Shown piece after piece: positions 60,641-64,000 of a stretch of DNA of 64,000 bases. The notes below the pieces were generated by a model. It worked only from the letters and a program-made list of their open reading frames with translations. It was not told where the DNA came from and searched no databases. A program made the translations under genes and the position numbers. This DNA comes from Tubiluchus corallicola. Its lineage: Eukaryota; Animalia; Priapulida. Location: assembly GCA_030141605.1 (NCBI GenBank), contig JAQGDQ010000169.1:186001-250000 (forward strand), in the 5' to 3' direction. Numbering within the stretch: the first letter of the stretch is position 1; every line of letters starts with the position of its first letter.

Positions 60641-61043
60641 AGGACGTCAAGACAAACAGTGGCAGCAGAATTCATCAAAATTCATAGATCCCATATTACC
60701 CAAATGGGAACAAAATGTTCTGATAGCATGACCTCCCTCTATCTGCGGTGGTGCCACTATATTTAGGTTTAGTAGAGTGGTGGGGCATTCAGGCTAATAC
60801 CCCCATCACTGGATGGAGCTTAACGCTTATTAATTTAGTACGACACTTTACATAGCATTACACTGGAGAAAGTATTCTAAAACAGTTCTGGTGTCTTTTT
60901 TTCTTTGAGCAAGTGTATGCCAGACATTGCTACGGGCGAGGGTGGTTCGGAAAGTAAACTATTTGAACTCGAAAACCCGTCAAGTGATTGTTTTTAAAAG
61001 ATTCTCCATTTTGAGTTCGTGGAAAACTAATCAAAGATTTTGT

Positions 61044-62175
61044 TGTTGGGCACCGAGTAATCCACTAGCCGAAGTAGGACAATTGGCGTACATGGGCTAA
61101 CCCAAGTAGGACACTAGAGACAGGTCGCGAATTGAGTCATTAGGCCCTACGTGTACTGGCACCGTATGTTGTCCTTGTTTATGTAATAATAATAATAATA
61201 ATTAAAAAAACGTCATTACACGTTGAATAATTTATTATACAGCTGATAAAATAAAAGAATTTTATTCTGAGCTGGTAGAACGGACAATATTAAATTTGGT
61301 TTCGATATTAATGTTGTTGAAGTGAAATAAACACACTTTTTAACGATTTCAACATTGTTTAAGGTATATCATTTTATCATTTTTTATTCTGTCTCGCTTC
61401 ACAGACAGGCGATCCATTTCACTACCTCTTGGACAAATAATTGTTTTCTCCTAAGCAAACGTTCTAGCGATCTATGTGCCTTACATGTTACAATACTATT
61501 GATATTATTAAAATTAATTGTCTTTGCTTTTTCTAAATGTTAGGAATTACTTTTGTGTTTTGAAGGCTTACCAGCATCTGTTTCATTTTTAAACTAGCAA
61601 TTATTTCTGTAATAACCGTGAGCGTAGTTTCTCTCTTTAAAGCATTAGATACTTAGTATAGTGTTATAATGATTTTAATGGAGCTAATAATACTGATGAT
61701 ACGATTGTAAAAATACATTTGCTTAGATGTGCTTAGATGTGACAGATATGGAGAATGGAAAAAAATTTGAACTCAGATATATTAATGAACAGTGAAAAGA
61801 AAGGATTACTAGAAATTAGAAATCTAGTGAACGAATGCATGGAATACAGGATAAAGACAAAAAAGACATTAAACTTGGAAAAGACAACTAAAAGATCGGC
61901 GTTATAGAATAAAGGTAGAATACCCTATAAAGGTGCCCGCCTCTGATAGGTGGAGAGAGTCGAGATCGCAATCGCAAGGACTATAAACTATAAAGTTAGT
62001 TTTTCCCTAAAACAAATTTAGTTTTATGATGTCATCATAATTCTCGATTCTCGCATATGAATCGTCAGTGCCTTACGTGGGCTGCCCATGTACGACACTG
62101 CTTTTCCGCAAATTTAGCACATGCTTTTTAGCGGAAGTGTCCTACTTCGGCTAGTGGGTTCCTCGGCGCCCTACA
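61044..62175. mobile_element. TIR-bounded non-autonomous DNA element with TGT...ACA ends
   Basis: 61044 TGTTGGGCACCGAGTAATCCACTAGCCGAAGTAGGACA is nearly the reverse complement of 62138-62175 TGTCCTACTTCGGCTAGTGGGTTCCTCGGCGCCCTACA. A second inverted block pairs ~61085-61115 with ~62067-62097. Flanks are TTTGT and TTTAT. Confidence 0.75.
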
Positions 62176-63040
62176 TTTATGTATAAAGAAAGAAAATATC
62201 AGGAAGTCATTCATAGATAAATATCTGTACAGTGTTGCCTTTTATGTGATAACTGTCGGAACATACGATAATCTGAGGCTTCATACCGTACAAAAAACGA
62301 ACCGTACGGTTATCGATAACTTAATATAAGAGTAAGAGGTGTCAAGAGACTTTTCACAAGTTATTTTTCAAGATATCTATTCCATTTCCTACTTTCATTG
62401 TGTTGCTATCTCAATTCTTTTACAATACTTTCTATGGAAGTCTGGGTTTTGTTTTACGTCGCATTTTGCTGGAACGCATTAGCATTGTTAAGCGAGTACT
62501 TACTGTGTATGTATACAACAGACTTACTTAGTACCAGATGCTGGGTATAAGTGAATCTGTTGTGCTCATTGAATGCGATATTTTTATACGACGTTCAAAA
62601 TAAAAAACTTCCTCGTTGATGCACAGTGTAATGTAGAATTTTACTGTTGCAAAAATGGCTCCTTGTACATATTAATTATTTTTGTCTTTGCCCATAAAGA
62701 AGTTTTGACCTTTAATTGCAAATTTATTTAATATTATTGTAAGCGAAAGCTTTCCCAACTTCATGTGCAAATTTGTTGAGCAAATGCTGCGTAAATAATA
62801 TTTTAACTGTTTAATTGTCAGTCGATAAGAAAAATGTAATGGCATAGCTACTGTAGATAATTATAAATTTTGCAAAAGAAAGACTGCATGTTGGGAGGGA
62901 AGGTTAATTGTTGGTTTCAAATGGTTGGATTACGTAGCACCATCACTATGCAAAGAACAATTATATTCTGTGGCTTTATTATTTAACAATAAAAAGACGT
63001 TTAAGTTTTTCATTACACTACGACTCTCCTTTAGGGACAT

Positions 63041-63931
63041 ATGATGGATATGGAAGAACAGTTGCTTTACTTTAAGTGTACGGCTTGCTCGGAGTGTTTC
63101 GTGTCAGAGGATATCTTTTTTGCTCATACCCGTACCTGGCATTGTAAGATTCTTATCTGTGTGGGACAAGATACATCTTCTGCACACATTTCTAATTCTG
63201 ATAAAAAAGACTATGATAACAGGACCAGACTTGAATTGGCTGATGACCCCAGTCAGATTGCTATAAAAGAAGATGTTTCTGGAGATATGCTTAATGATGA
63301 TAGCGACATTGAAATGATAGACTCTAATATTTATTTTAGACACTTGTCAGAGAAGAGTGATAATACTAATAAGGAGCTTGCATGTCTAAATTCTTTTTCT
63401 TCTAGTGGAAGATTTGAAAGTGACTGCTTAAACATAATGTTTGATTCTCTGGAACAGGACAACAAGGAAAGTGTCTTCTTGCAAACCAGTATGCCATCTT
63501 CCAGTAGCTCACTACCAAAAATTGACATTATGTTAATGCAGCAACAGCATCAAAGTTTAGTGCCACAGCCAGCTCCTAGTGAAGGACGGTTCCTTAAGCG
63601 AACCAAAAGTTATCAGAGTAAGAGCAACTTTAGGAAAAAGCAAAGTGGACAACTGCTTATGAAGAGGAAACAGCAGAAGGTTTGGAATGAAGTAACAACT
63701 GTTGGCAATACTGAACAAAGTGAAGAACTAATGAAGACTATAATGAGCAAGAAGCAGTATGCTTGTACTATGTGCTTTTATCATACAGAAGTGAAACAAA
63801 ACATGGAAAAACACATTAGAATACATACTGGTGAAAAACCATTTCATTGTTCATTGTGTAACAGGAGTTTTACTCAGAAAACAAGCTTGACCAGACACAA
63901 TCAAGCACTCCATACCTCAACCGATGGCTAG
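63041..63931 (+). CDS. C2H2 zinc-finger protein (one N-terminal finger, two C-terminal fingers), 296 aa
   Basis: FKCTACSECF..H...WH at the N-terminus; YACTMCFY..KHIRIH-TGEKPF-HCSLCNRSF..RHNQALH at the C-terminus. A splice acceptor (ctcctttag) lies just before the ATG, so an upstream exon is likely. Confidence 0.85.
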   Translation: MMDMEEQLLYFKCTACSECFVSEDIFFAHTRTWHCKILICVGQDTSSAHISNSDKKDYDNRTRLELADDPSQIAIKEDVSGDMLNDDSDIEMIDSNIYFRHLSEKSDNTNKELACLNSFSSSGRFESDCLNIMFDSLEQDNKESVFLQTSMPSSSSSLPKIDIMLMQQQHQSLVPQPAPSEGRFLKRTKSYQSKSNFRKKQSGQLLMKRKQQKVWNEVTTVGNTEQSEELMKTIMSKKQYACTMCFYHTEVKQNMEKHIRIHTGEKPFHCSLCNRSFTQKTSLTRHNQALHTSTDG

Positions 63932-64000
63932 TTCAATTTTCATGAATTGGAGTTATCTGGTTGGAGTGGTTTCTTTTTGTTGTGAACCATGCAAGTTGCA

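Overview
AT-rich, intron-rich eukaryotic DNA, most likely from an invertebrate metazoan; it is not prokaryotic. Six protein-coding genes can be assembled by hand with phase-consistent splice sites. (1) Nup107 (+, 26 coding exons, 5976-22362), whose first intron looks U12-type. (2) An intronless, basic, low-complexity orphan ORF (+, ~24588-26267). (3) NOP56 (-, 36103-27163), with a repeat-expanded Lys-rich tail and several structured introns. (4) A secreted GH3 beta-xylosidase/beta-glucosidase-like gene (+, 13 exons, 41815-52044), with a LINE 3' end almost touching its start codon. (5) Ornithine decarboxylase antizyme (+, 53392-58818), which needs a programmed +1 ribosomal frameshift at UCC-UGA (55927-55932). 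(6) A C2H2 zinc-finger gene (+, 63041-63931). Between and inside the genes are LINE RT fragments, MITE-like elements, tandem duplications, a ~190-bp palindrome and a composite microsatellite. Most short ORFs in the supplied track are exon fragments or noise. All coordinates and alignments were read by eye; no database searches or folding programs were run.
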